A DNA stretch of 64,000 nt, taken from assembly GCA_965206695.1 (NCBI GenBank), contig CBDBKM010000010.1, positions 416,001 through 480,000 on the forward strand, read 5' to 3'. Of the stretch, positions 32,638-44,042 are shown in pieces. The stretch is from Chlamydiales bacterium. Its GTDB lineage: Bacteria; Chlamydiota; Chlamydiia; Chlamydiales; JAAZZY01. Within the stretch, counting starts at the first letter, position 1. Each line of letters begins with the position of its first letter. The notes beneath the pieces were generated by a model that saw nothing but the letters and a program-made list of their open reading frames with translations, was not told the DNA's origin and did no database searches. The translations under genes and the position numbers were made by a program.

Positions 32638-33840
32638 ATGATCTTAAGAGTCTTCTTAACTCTGTGGTTTTTAATCGCCAACCTGGCTTGTATTGAAGCC
32701 GGACCGGTTTCGGTTGTAAAAAAATTATTTGTTATAGATGAAATAAAAGATACTCAGCCATCGATAAAAATTTTATTAGCCAGAGATTTAAATGGGGCTA
32801 TCCTTGAAGTCAGAGGGGGATATAAAATTTATGATGCTGCAAATGATAAAAAGATTGGTAGTGGCATAATAGGTAAAAACTATTTTATACAGCCTTCTTC
32901 AAGTGGGATCAAATGGGGAGAGTCTTTTCCCGGGATTTTTCAAATTAAATTAGTTCCAAATGAAGAGACCTGTTTGTGCTTAGTAAATGGCATTCAATAT
33001 TCAGGAAATATTTTTGTTTTTCAAATTGGAGACCGAATCAGTATAGTCAATGATGTAAATATTGAGGATTTTGTCAAAGTTGTTTTAGGGCAGATGTTTG
33101 CAAAAAAACAACATCCGGAAGTCTTAGCAGCTTTAGCCATTACTACTAGGACAGCAGCTTATTATCATGCTCTTCGCGGCGATTCCGCTTTTTGGCATCT
33201 CGATTCCGGAGTAATAGATTATCAAGGCTACGGCGTTACAATGCGAGATAATGGGATAGATAGTGCTGTTAATGCAACAAGGGCTTTAGTTCTGCAGGGA
33301 AATGATTTGTCATTAAATGGTTTTTTTGACGCAACTTTCACGAGCAATTGTGCCGGGAAAACAGCTCCTTATCATTTAATTTATCGAAAACATGGAAATG
33401 CTCCTTTAAAAGGCGTTGATACTCCATTCTCAGGTAAGGATAGAGATAAATGCAAATGGGAGTTTAGTTGTTCTTTAGAAGAATTAGCAGCTTTTACCGG
33501 TTTACCTAAAATTACCTCTTGCGAATTATATTCCGATGCCAATTCCGGTAAAGTTTATGGGGTTCGTTTTTATAATGAGAGCAATGCTTTAGACATGGAT
33601 TTTTTTACCTTACAAGGAATACTGGGTACGAATCACTTAAAGAGTAGTGATTTTATCGCCAGTTTAACTGAGGGTCAGATTAAATTTGCAGGATTTGGTG
33701 AAGGTCCGGGAGTTGGACTTTGTCTTTATAGCGCACAAATTATGGCTAAGAAAGGGCATGATGCAGCAGAAATCTTAGAAGCCTTTTTTCCGGATACGAA
33801 ATTGATTCTTGCTAACTCTCTAGATTTATTAGAACATTGA
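32638..33840 (+). CDS. SpoIID/LytB-domain protein (chlamydial CT041-like)
   Basis: Signal peptide; VNDVNIEDF, ALAI..RT, G.G.GVGLC...A..MA..G....IL; follows ruvB as in chlamydiae. Confidence 0.8.
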   Translation: MILRVFLTLWFLIANLACIEAGPVSVVKKLFVIDEIKDTQPSIKILLARDLNGAILEVRGGYKIYDAANDKKIGSGIIGKNYFIQPSSSGIKWGESFPGIFQIKLVPNEETCLCLVNGIQYSGNIFVFQIGDRISIVNDVNIEDFVKVVLGQMFAKKQHPEVLAALAITTRTAAYYHALRGDSAFWHLDSGVIDYQGYGVTMRDNGIDSAVNATRALVLQGNDLSLNGFFDATFTSNCAGKTAPYHLIYRKHGNAPLKGVDTPFSGKDRDKCKWEFSCSLEELAAFTGLPKITSCELYSDANSGKVYGVRFYNESNALDMDFFTLQGILGTNHLKSSDFIASLTEGQIKFAGFGEGPGVGLCLYSAQIMAKKGHDAAEILEAFFPDTKLILANSLDLLEH

Positions 33841-34865
33841 CATCTTTATCCGACTATCATTTCACATTACCTTCTGAATTGATCGCACAACACCCGCAAC
33901 AGGTGCGCGATCAATCTCGTTTAATGGTTATTGACCGTGAAACCGAAAATATTTCTCACAGAAAATTTTATGATATTAAAGAATATTTAAATGAAGATGA
34001 TGCCCTTATCCTTAATGACACCAAGGTTATACCTGCTCGTTTGATAGGAAAGCGAGAGACCGGTGGCAAAATCGAACTACTATTACTGAAACCTCTTGGA
34101 AGTGATACCTGGGAAGTATTAGCAAAACCCGGTCGTAAATTACGTTTAGGTCAAATGGTTTATTTTTCAAATGAGGTATCTGCTGAAATTTTGGCTAATC
34201 AAGATGAAAGACATTTCGTTGTTCGTTTTTATTTTTCAGGAGGCTTCCAAGATATTCTTAATGAAATAGGGCAAATGCCTCTTCCCCCTTATATTCATCG
34301 TGACAAACCGGATAAACAAGATATACATCGATATCAGACTATTTATGCGCGCCATACCGGAGCGATTGCAGCTCCAACTGCCGGTCTGCACTTCACAGAA
34401 AAGTTGCTCGGTAGCTTAGAAGAAAAACGTGTACAGTCAATTTATATCGCTCTTCACGTTGGATTAGGTACTTTTAATTCTGTAAAAAAAGAAGATATCC
34501 GTAATCATCATATGCATACGGAAGAATTTATCATCAATGATGAGGCGGCGAAGAGGTTAAATGTATTGCCGGTTAAAAACAACCATCTTTGCATAGGGAC
34601 AACTACTTTAAGAGCTCTTGAATCGGCTGTCAATATTGACGGGGACATTGTCGCCGGAAAACAAGAGACGAATATATTTATATACCCCGGATATAGGTTT
34701 AAATATGTTCAACGATTATTAACGAACTTTCATTTGCCAAAATCCACCTTATTAATATTGATTAGTGCATTTGCCGGTTATGAATTGATAATGCGAGCTT
34801 ATCGCGAGGCCGTTGAGAAGCAGTACCGATTTTTTTCTTATGGAGATGCCATGTTAATTTTATAA
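33837..34865 (+). CDS. queA: S-adenosylmethionine:tRNA ribosyltransferase-isomerase
   Basis: LP.ELIAQ, NDTKVIPAR, PLPPYI, YQT.YA, AAPTAGLHF, TNFHLPKST, FFSYGDAM. Confidence 0.96.
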   Translation: MTSLSDYHFTLPSELIAQHPQQVRDQSRLMVIDRETENISHRKFYDIKEYLNEDDALILNDTKVIPARLIGKRETGGKIELLLLKPLGSDTWEVLAKPGRKLRLGQMVYFSNEVSAEILANQDERHFVVRFYFSGGFQDILNEIGQMPLPPYIHRDKPDKQDIHRYQTIYARHTGAIAAPTAGLHFTEKLLGSLEEKRVQSIYIALHVGLGTFNSVKKEDIRNHHMHTEEFIINDEAAKRLNVLPVKNNHLCIGTTTLRALESAVNIDGDIVAGKQETNIFIYPGYRFKYVQRLLTNFHLPKSTLLILISAFAGYELIMRAYREAVEKQYRFFSYGDAMLIL

Positions 34866-35147
34866 GTTTAAAATAATTTATTTATATTTGTTTTATAAAC
34901 AAATTATTTTAACTTTTTTAAAATTGAAAGTTTGTCCATATTTATGTAGAATTTTGTTGGGATAACCGGAATTTAAAATAAAAACAGAGTTAAACAAAGG
35001 AAGTAATAGTATTAGGCAAGATTATAAAAATTATTGCATATTAAATACTATTTATTATATAATTATTTTACCATTTGAGAAGTAACCTAAACTTTGATTT
35101 AAAAATCACATTTTTTGATTTTACCCCTTAACGATAGGAGGAGATGT

Positions 35148-35642
35148 ATGTCACGTGAAAATGCAAAGGAAAATTTGCAGGAATTCGGTAAAGAATTGGG
35201 GTTAGAAGGCCTAGAGTTTGATGAAAATAATACCTGCATTTTGGGAATTGATGATGAATTCTCTATGCATATGACTTACGAACCTAATTCCGATAGACTC
35301 TATATATACTCTCCAATCATAGATGGTCTGCCAAAGGACCCACAGATCCGTTTGAGATTATACGAGAAGCTTATGGAAGGATCTATGTTAGGCGGTCAGA
35401 TGGCCGGCGGAGGTGTTGGAGTAGCATCTAAAGAAGAATTAATTTTAATGCATTGCATTATTGAAATGTCGCATGCCGGTCCTCATGCTTTACGAGCGTT
35501 TGCCCCATTGTATGTAGAAACCGTTGAAAAATGGCGCAAGACAGCTGCAGCTATTGTAGAAGGACGGGATGTAGAAGATTCTAAGTCCGACGCTCCAAGT
35601 TCATTTTCACCAAAACCCGGTGAGAATATCATAAAGATCTGA
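35148..35642 (+). CDS. slc1: Type III secretion chaperone Slc1 (CT043-like, CesT family)
   Basis: FDENNTCIL, SDRLYIYSP, LYEKLMEGSMLGGQMAGGGVGVA characteristic of chlamydial CT043; RBS AGGAGG before ATG at 35148; upstream of ssb. Confidence 0.88.
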   Translation: MSRENAKENLQEFGKELGLEGLEFDENNTCILGIDDEFSMHMTYEPNSDRLYIYSPIIDGLPKDPQIRLRLYEKLMEGSMLGGQMAGGGVGVASKEELILMHCIIEMSHAGPHALRAFAPLYVETVEKWRKTAAAIVEGRDVEDSKSDAPSSFSPKPGENIIKI

Positions 35643-35649
35643 TTCTTAT

Positions 35650-35691
35650 TGCCTGAAGCCCTTATCTTTTCGTATCTTTAGGGCTCAGGTA
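35650..35691 (+). terminator. Stem-loop downstream of slc1
   Basis: TGCCTGA(A)GCCCT ... AGGGCTCAGGTA imperfect inverted repeat. Confidence 0.4.
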
Positions 35692-35992
35692 AATTGTCTT
35701 ATATTTCTAAAAAATCTGCTACAGCTCTATTAAAGGATTCTAAAAGATTAAATTTTAAAAAAGTATCTATCTATTTGAATCCAATCATGAATTTTAATTT
35801 ATCCCTTAATTGATTTTATTGCATGAATTTGCTAGCTTATTTCAAAGCACTTCAAAAGCTACTCCTTGATTATTAAAGATTTAAAGATTTTTTTTTAATT
35901 ACCGGTTCTTATGAGGTTACTTCGACACTTTTATATTTCAATAAACAATGTTATAACAGTCGAGTCGAGAAAAACATGAAGAGGAAATCATT

Positions 35993-36433
35993 ATGAATAT
36001 AGTACAAGTAGCAGGACATTTAGGTGCAGATCCGGAAGAAAGGGTTACTCCTAGTGGGCAAAAAGTTGTCACTTTACGCATTGCTGCCAATAGCCGTAAA
36101 TCAGGTAAAGATGAAACCATATGGTGGCGCGTAACCATTTGGGGAGATCGTTTTGATAGGATGCTATCTTATCTAAAAAAAGGAAGCGGAATCATTGTTA
36201 TTGGCGAAATGAATAAGCCTGAGGTTTATAATGATCGAAATGGGAACCCTCAAGTTTCATTAGAATTGACCGCTGAAGTCATTCGCTTTAGTCCCTTTGG
36301 GCGATCTCAAGGGCAGACAAATACTGAGCCCGGATCTACAACGGAACAATCCGGACAGACAGAGGAAAGGTTTGCCGGTGTAGCCGCCCCTGCACAAGGA
36401 AATGCTGCAGACGGGGATGATATACCTTTTTAA
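35993..36433 (+). CDS. ssb: Single-stranded DNA-binding protein
   Basis: G.LGADPE OB-fold start; acidic C-terminus DDIPF. Confidence 0.95.
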   Translation: MNIVQVAGHLGADPEERVTPSGQKVVTLRIAANSRKSGKDETIWWRVTIWGDRFDRMLSYLKKGSGIIVIGEMNKPEVYNDRNGNPQVSLELTAEVIRFSPFGRSQGQTNTEPGSTTEQSGQTEERFAGVAAPAQGNAADGDDIPF

Positions 36434-36460
36434 GGAATGAAGTAGATATAAGGAAGCACC

Positions 36461-37900
36461 ATGCAATACAATTTTGTTAAAGAGATACGAAAACGCACAA
36501 GCGCTGATCTTTTGGTGCTTCCTTTTTGTCATAATAAATCTAAAAAAATCGTGCCTGTTTTTAATTTAAAGAAACATATTGGTGAGATCCGAATTTCCCC
36601 TAAACCGGATATTTTTTTTGCTAATGAAGGAGAGTCTCTTTGTCTTTCTTCAAACAAACAAAAAGAGAAATATTTTTTATTACTGGGTTTAGGAGAGGAA
36701 AAGTCCCTTACAACTAAAATTCTTACACGCGTTTTTGCTGAGATGACAAAACTATGTCTAACAAAACACTTAGAAAGGGTAAATGTCATATTTCCGGAAG
36801 TAAAATCATTAGAAGAAACGAGTGTTTTAAAGAGTATCTGCGAAGGAATTGCTTTAACAAATTATATTTATGATACTGTTCAAAAAGGTTCAATTCATGA
36901 AATTAACGAGTCATTATTAAAGAAAATCACCTTGATAGGATTGCCTAAGGCTCATCACGCAATAGCGAAAAAAGCGCTAAGTATTCCTGTTCATTTAGCC
37001 GGTGATATAGTTAATGAGAAAACAGATGTTATGACAGCTAAATATTTAGCCTCTATAGCAAATGATTTACAAAAAGAACTCTCTAATATCGAAATGTTTG
37101 ATTCAAGTAAAAGAGTGATTGATCAAGAAGGAATAGGGATACTTATACCTGTAAATAAAAATTCACAACTAGGTCCTGCTTATATTGCCCTTTATGATAA
37201 GGGAGATCCTCAGTCAGAGTCAGGCTTAGAGCACCAACGACATAACCGGAGTTGTTCTGAACCATCAGATATGGATGAGATATTACCTTTATTTGATTCT
37301 CAATTTTCTTCTAAAAACTATCATTTAAAAACGACTAAAAAAGGCATTATAGTTTCAGTGGAATCTTGTATGTTAGCCTTAAGCCATCAATCCGGATATG
37401 TTTTAGAAAACATTAATCCAAAAGCCGGCGATGTTTTAAATGCTGATCCGGAAGGAAGCCTGATGTTAGCTGATATTAAGCTTAAATCTATGAATATGAT
37501 TGATATTGCCACAATGACAGAGGGTGTTGTAGTTGCTCTTGGTAGTTCTATAATGGGTTTAATGAGTAATGAAGGTGAAATAGCGGCAACTTTAGTAAAA
37601 GCCACTGAAGAGGGCGGAGAAGATATTTGGTGCTTGCCTTTGTATAACGACTGTAGATTCCATTTGCATTCCGAACTAGCGGATGTAAAACCTGTTTCAG
37701 GAAGGACTCATTATGCTGATGCTGTTGTAGCCGGGCTTTTTTTACAAGAATTTGTAGATGGTATTCCTTGGACACACCTCGATATAGCCAAAACAGCTCT
37801 TCTTGCTCCTCTAAATAAACGCTCTTCATCCGGTACTACCGGTGTAGAACCAAGCCTTATGATTGCCTTTCTTGAGGATTTAATGGACTCTGAAAGTTAA
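36461..37900 (+). CDS. pepA: Leucyl aminopeptidase (M17) homolog with degenerate active site
   Basis: LLLGLG, IDIATMT, W.LPL, AGLFLQEF, WTHLDIA; follows ssb as in chlamydiae; GKG.TFD and MK.DM motifs absent; NTDAEGRL reads NADPEGSL. Confidence 0.8.
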   Translation: MQYNFVKEIRKRTSADLLVLPFCHNKSKKIVPVFNLKKHIGEIRISPKPDIFFANEGESLCLSSNKQKEKYFLLLGLGEEKSLTTKILTRVFAEMTKLCLTKHLERVNVIFPEVKSLEETSVLKSICEGIALTNYIYDTVQKGSIHEINESLLKKITLIGLPKAHHAIAKKALSIPVHLAGDIVNEKTDVMTAKYLASIANDLQKELSNIEMFDSSKRVIDQEGIGILIPVNKNSQLGPAYIALYDKGDPQSESGLEHQRHNRSCSEPSDMDEILPLFDSQFSSKNYHLKTTKKGIIVSVESCMLALSHQSGYVLENINPKAGDVLNADPEGSLMLADIKLKSMNMIDIATMTEGVVVALGSSIMGLMSNEGEIAATLVKATEEGGEDIWCLPLYNDCRFHLHSELADVKPVSGRTHYADAVVAGLFLQEFVDGIPWTHLDIAKTALLAPLNKRSSSGTTGVEPSLMIAFLEDLMDSES

Positions 37901-38099
37901 ATCATTTTCAAATTTCTCTCTTTTATTTTTAGGTGATGTTAAGCCTATTTTAGCGATTTGCGGTTGCAAACCGGAAAATTTGACAGGATACAGGCATAGT
38001 TATCCTCTAACTTAAAGAAACATTTGGAAAATTAAGCATTAATAAGACTCCTGCATAACTGACTTGATAATAGTTTTTAAAACTCACTGATTGTCTAAG

Positions 38100-39138
38100 C
38101 TTATTTTTCATATTTAAAGTAATAGCGGGTTTTATAATATCCCAATCTTATTGATAAAACGAGATTTTATCTCACCTCCTTCGCTTAAATTTGTGTAACC
38201 AAGCATAAATAGACACAAAAATATGATTTCGTTGCGCTCGTGCGTTACAAGACTGCCGGCGCTCAAGGCCATAAGTTTGTTTCAATTCCCTATGATAAAC
38301 TTCTATTTTCTAACGAATCTTCATGATTTTTTTACCGTCATTACGACCGGATCCTTCAATATTAGTGACCACATAATCAATACGACCATTTTTAGCCGGA
38401 AACTTAAAAGCCGTAATAAAACCATAACCGCGCAAGTGAATGCTTAGTCCTTCATACGGAATATCCAAAGCTTCCAAACTTACATTTCGATTAACTTTTT
38501 TATTGTTACGCAAACCGGTGACAAAATTTAACCCTATATCTCCGGTAGACTTTAAATTTTTTAAACCAAAATACCATGCATCCATAACGAGTACTTGGAG
38601 GTTAGAGCCTCGATTTTGAGTCGGTTTAAGCATTGCTAAACAATGAGCATCACTATCCTTATCATACATTCTATCGTCCACAGGAACGTATTGCTCTGAG
38701 TGTATCCCATATCATAAAAGATTAACCCAACCGATTCCTGCTATAACATCATGTACATATCCGGAATATTGGTCATTTACAATCTCTATTTTTTACTATG
38801 CGTTGTTGAAAGACCCGATATCGTCCACAATAAGTACACCCGGCTGGCTCCTCCATATCGATAGAGTGCTTTACGGTTTCAAAAATTTCTTTAGATTGAA
38901 ATTTTTTATCCTTTAACCGGCGGCTAATGCTGTCATGTGACAATTGATCACGGCAAATTTTTGACATCGCAAGCCCGGAATATTTCATACTGCTTGCTTG
39001 AATGAAGGTACTATATCATTCCTTTGTGCATGTATGTAACGGCATTTTGCCCCAACAAAAGAGGAATATGGTACCCTAATTGAACAAATTGTTTAAACAA
39101 TTATTTTAATAACGTATTTCTATAGCGCGAAACTCCTG
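38100..39138 (-). mobile_element. IS701-family element, degenerate
   Basis: SHDSISR, VDD, VLVMDAWY fragments; terminal CAGGAGTTTCGCGCTA. Confidence 0.8.
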
Positions 39139-39222
39139 CTTGAGTCTTATGACTGTGATAAGTGATCTAAAACAGAAGGTAACCCCGGAAAAAGAAGACG
39201 ATATCTTGCTTTTGCATATATA

Positions 39223-40163
39223 TATAGTACTTTAATTTTTATTTGATAATATGTTATCCTTCTTTTTTTATACAAACAATAAGGACAAAACAATGCCTAG
39301 AGCCTATTCAGTAGATCTCCGAGAGAAAGTATGACAACATATAGAAAAACATCATGATAAAAAAACAGCCGGCCATATTTTTCAAGTAGGTATCGCAACA
39401 ATATATCGATGGATCTTGCAAAAAAAGCAAAAAGGACATTTAAAGCCAATCCGCAGAAAATATGCTTATAAGAAATTAGATGATGAGTTGTTATCTAAAT
39501 ATGTAGAAAAACATCCGGATTATTTTTTATCGGAAATTGCTGATTATTTTTCAGTCACTCCGCAAACGATTTTTTATGCCCTTAAAAGATTAAAAATTAC
39601 ACGAAAAAAAAAACTACTCGCTATAAGGAAAGAGATGAAAAGAAACGGGAAGCTTTTATGAAAGATTTAAAAAATATTCCCTTTGACAAGAGAATTTATC
39701 TCGATGAAACCGGGATTCATCAATTTTTATTTCGTGAGTCCGGAAGAAGCTTACGCGGCAAAAAGAGTTTTTGGAGCGGTTTCAGGAAACCGCTTTATAA
39801 GGCAAAATATTATTTCAGCCCTATCTAAAGGGCAGTTTTTATCTCCAATGTGTTTTGAAGGTACTTGTAATACCGGGTTATTCAATATTTGGCTTAAGGA
39901 AAGTTTTGACTCCTCAGCTTACACCCGGTAGTGTTCTTATTCTTGACAATGCCGGTTTTCACAAGTCAGCGGAAAGCAGGAAAATAGTAGAATCTGCCGG
40001 TTGTAAGCTTATGTTTCTTCCTCCATATTCTCCGGACTTAAATCCTATAGAAAAATATTGGGCTAATATGAAAAATAAAGTTAGAGAGATATTACGAAAA
40101 GTTACGAATTTTAAATTCGCCATTGATCAAGCAATCTTATCAATATAAAATTAAATGACTATA
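39223..40163 (+). mobile_element. IS630-family element, copy 2 (nonsense in orfA, two extra A in orfB)
   Basis: Near-identical to 16933-17871 with the same IRs. Confidence 0.95.
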
Positions 40164-40334
40164 GTGGTTGAAACGGTAATTTTCATCACTAATTCGGTAG
40201 AATAGAAAAGGAAGTTTATTTATAAAAAAATCAATAAAATAACAATAATATTTATATTAAATTAATAAAGATTATTTACAATTAAATGATAAAGTCGTTT
40301 ATATTATATTAAAAATATTGGATATCATAAAAAT

Positions 40335-41051
40335 ATGAGTACTATAAATTTTTCTACAGACCCCCCCCCCCTAACTGACTCATGCCCTATCTGTTTCAGT
40401 AGTAATACTAATATTAGTGATACCGGTAATATTAGTGATAAATATGTGGTGCACACTCAAGGACAGGGACACTTGCACCCGATACATGGCAAATGTTTGC
40501 GTGCATGGGCAAAGGCTATAACAGGAGATACAGTAGAGTGTTTTTTCTGTAAACTACCTATTTCCAAAAGAAGTATTCAAAAACTTTTAATAGGGGTCGG
40601 TGAAAGAACAGGAGAGAGGATTGGTGCTTACATTGACAAGATTATTAGTCTATGGACACCGGAAGACTCAATAAATTTTAAGGCGCCTATGATCGCTGCT
40701 TGTTGCCTGGGATTCGCTCTTATCTTAACGGGTTTTGTATCTACTTATTATGATGCTGAATCTACTTTTTATGATGCTGAATCTACTTTTCCAAGCGATT
40801 CAGATCAGACAGATGAAATAAACCGTCATATAATTGAACTTAGACGTCACATTAATGAAATGAAAAAACCTCTTGGTAACACTCAAACAGCTCTGTTTGT
40901 GTCCGGCGGTTCCCTATCAATGATGTCATATATTCTAGCCCTGATAGGTCTCAACTATCCAAATGCTTTTGTTAGTTTAGGAAGGAAAATTGGTGAGGTT
41001 TTTGACTATGTAATAGATAAAGCCGGGAGAAATTTCGTGCTTAATGGTTAA
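40335..41051 (+). CDS. RING-finger-like protein with two predicted TM helices (putative effector)
   Basis: CPIC...H....HLHPIHGKCLRAW...CFFC, then two hydrophobic segments; short 21-bp tandem repeat near 40739-40790. Confidence 0.7.
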   Translation: MSTINFSTDPPPLTDSCPICFSSNTNISDTGNISDKYVVHTQGQGHLHPIHGKCLRAWAKAITGDTVECFFCKLPISKRSIQKLLIGVGERTGERIGAYIDKIISLWTPEDSINFKAPMIAACCLGFALILTGFVSTYYDAESTFYDAESTFPSDSDQTDEINRHIIELRRHINEMKKPLGNTQTALFVSGGSLSMMSYILALIGLNYPNAFVSLGRKIGEVFDYVIDKAGRNFVLNG

Positions 41052-41057
41052 TACATA

Positions 41058-42022
41058 CAGGAGTTTTATGCGTAAGCGTTAACACATAGCCAACATATTT
41101 TTCATATTTAAAGTAATAGCGAGCTTTATCATTTCCCAATCTTGTTGATAAACAGATATTGTATCTCGCCTCCTTTGCTTAAATTGCTATAGACATAAAA
41201 ATATGATTTCGTTACGCTCGTATGCGTTACGAGACTGCCTGCGCTCAAGGCCATAAGTTTGTTTCAATTCCCTATGATAAACTTCTATTTTCTAACGAAT
41301 CTTCATGATTTTTTTAACGTCATTACGACCGGATTCTTCAATATTAGTGACCACATAATCAATACGACCATTTTTAGCCGGAAACTTGAAAGCCGTAATA
41401 AAACCATAACCGCGCAAGTGAATGCTTAGTCCTTCATACGGAATATCCAAATCTTCCAAACTTACATTTCGATTAACTTTTCTATTGTTACGCAAACCGG
41501 TGACAAAATTTAATCCTATATCTCCGGTAGACTTTAAAGTTTGTTTTTTTAAACTAGAATACCATGCGTCCATAACGACTACTTGAGGATTAAAGCCTCG
41601 GTTTTGACTCCGTTTAAGCATTTCTAAACAATAAGCATTCTTTGTTTTGCCGTCCTTATCATACATTCTATAATCTACAAGAACGTATTGCTCCGCATTA
41701 TATCCCATATCATAAAAGATTGACCAAACCGATTCCTGCTATAACATCATGTACATACCTGGAATATTGGTCATTTACAAGCTCTATTTTTTTACTATGC
41801 GTTTTTGAAAGACCGGTATCGTCTACAATCAGTACACCCGGCTCCTCCATATCGATAAACTGCTTTACGGTTTCAAAAATTTCTTTAGGTTGAAATTTTT
41901 TATCTTTTAACCGGCGGCGAATGGTGTCATATGACAATTTATCAGGGCAAACGTTTGACATCGCAAGATCGGAATATCTCAATACTGCTTGCTTGAATGA
42001 AGGTGCTATATCATTCCTTTGT
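41058..42022 (-). mobile_element. IS701-family element, degenerate second copy
   Basis: Similar to 38100-39030; LIVDDT, VVVMDAWYSS; terminal CAGGAGTT at 41058. Confidence 0.82.
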
Positions 42023-44005
42023 AAGACTTCTGCACGACTATAGTACTTTAATTTTTATTTGATAATATGTTATCCTTCTTTTTTTATACAAACAATAAGG
42101 ACAAAACAATGCCTAGAGCCTATTCAGTAGATCTTCGAGAGAAAGTATGACAACATATAGAAAAACATCATGATAAAAAAACAGCCGGCCATATTTTTCA
42201 AGTAGGTATCGCAACAATATATCGATGGATCTTGCAAAAAAAGCAAAAAGGACATTTAAAGCCAATCCGCAGAAAATATGCTTATAAGAAATTAGATGAT
42301 GAGTTGTTATCTAAATATGTAGAAAAACATCCGGATTATTTTTTATCGGAAATTGCTGATTATTTTTCAGTCACTCCGCAAACGATTTTTTATGCCCTTA
42401 AAAGATTAAAAATTACACGAAAAAAAAAACTACTCGCTATAAGGAAAGAGATGAAAAGAAACGGGAAGCTTTTATGAAAGATTTAAAAAATATTCCCTTT
42501 GACAAGAGAATTTATCTCGATGAAACCGGGATTCATCAATTTTTATTTCGTGAGTCCGGAAGAAGCTTACGCGGCAAAAAAGTTTTTGGAGCGGTTTCAG
42601 GAAACCGCTTTATAAGGCAAAATATTATTTCAGCCCTATCTAAAGGGCAGTTTTTATCTCCAATGTGTTTTGAAGGTACGTGTAATACCGGGTTATTCAA
42701 TATTTGGCTTAAGGAAGTTTTGACTCCTCAGCTTACACCCGGTAGTGTTCTTATTCTTGACAATGCCGGTTTTCACAAGTCAGCGGAAAGCAGGAAAATA
42801 GTAGAATCTGCCGGTTGTAAGCTTATGTTTCTTCCTCCATATTCTCCGGACTTAAATCCTATAGAAAAATATTGGGCTAATATGAAAAATAAAGTTAGAG
42901 AGATATTACGAAAAGTTACGAATTTTAAATTCGCCATTGATCAAGCAATATTATCAATGTAAAATTAAACGACTATAATGATTGGATGTGAGATAAGCGA
43001 AATACAAGAAAGTGAGTAATAAGAATGTTAAACGAAGCGTTTATAAGTAAGAAAAGAGAGATTTAAAATAAATATTTGATATATAATAGTGCGTCCTCTC
43101 TCTAGTTCATCACAATCTTTCTTAAGGCCTTGTTCAAATTAAAGCACAAAGCTTTCATACAAAATTTCCTTTTTAAAGTACCGAAAGCTTGCTCTATACG
43201 AAATCGTCTTCCCGCAATCATTTTATCAACTAGACGTTGACTCCATTTTAAAGGATGATCCCTAACCGCTTGATGAGAAAAATTGTCTCGAATATCGTGC
43301 TTTCTTAAATGAGAGCGGTTATCTGATGATGAGAAACCCTTATCGGTCAGTAAACGGTTACCGTGAGTATAACCTATGATCTGTGGCAATGGGGGTCACC
43401 TCACATTCATTCGCCGGTCTGACGTGTATATGATGAATCAAACCTTCTTGGTTATCGAAAACAAAATAACCCCTATAACCGAAATAGCTTTGTTTCCTTT
43501 TTTTAAGCCAAGAGGGATCCGCCGGTTGCTTAACAGAATGATCAGATTCGACTATTTTTTTCGGGCGTGCTGCTGAAGTTACTATAGTTGCATCAAGAAG
43601 AGCTCCTTTAGCTTCTTTAACTTTAATCCCATGCTTTTCTAATTGCCGGTTAATTTCGCGAAATAAGCGTTCATGAAGCCCCTTATGAATGATGTTATTC
43701 CTAAAGCAGGGTCGCCTCTTAAGCTGTATCATTGGACTTAAACCCGGCAAGATTATCATAGGCTTTGGAGGCACCTTGAGGGTTAATTGCATTTTTATGT
43801 ATGCCTTTTAGTAAGGATCGACCGGGTTGCCAATCAATAAACGGATTCAATTGTTGTAAACGATTTTTAGCACCTATGTGATGCTTTACACCCATAATAA
43901 AAAGACGACTCATCATTCAACCTCCCCAAATAAATGAAAGAAAAGTATAGACAATCAATACATTTTAAAAAATCATTATCCAAGAATCAGTTATGCAAAA
44001 GTCTT
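42023..44005 (-). mobile_element. IS5-family element, degenerate, carrying nested IS630 copy 3
   Basis: IRs AAGACTTCTGCACGAC (42023) / GTTATGCAAAAGTCTT (ending 44005); LLDAT, YFGY, DKGF, R..IEQAFG.LKR fragments. Confidence 0.8.
42039..42977 (+). mobile_element. IS630-family element, copy 3 (nonsense in orfA)
   Basis: Near-identical to the other copies; TA-bounded. Confidence 0.95.
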
Positions 44006-44042
44006 AGAAGAAAAAAAACGAGCTCGCTCAATTTCGTAAGAA

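Noticed and set aside
39331..39334. TGA recoding (alternative genetic code) suggested by the in-frame TGA in four IS630 copies
   Set aside because: Other copies have TTA (Leu) here, housekeeping genes show no in-frame TGA, and TGA ends genes such as pdhA and slc1
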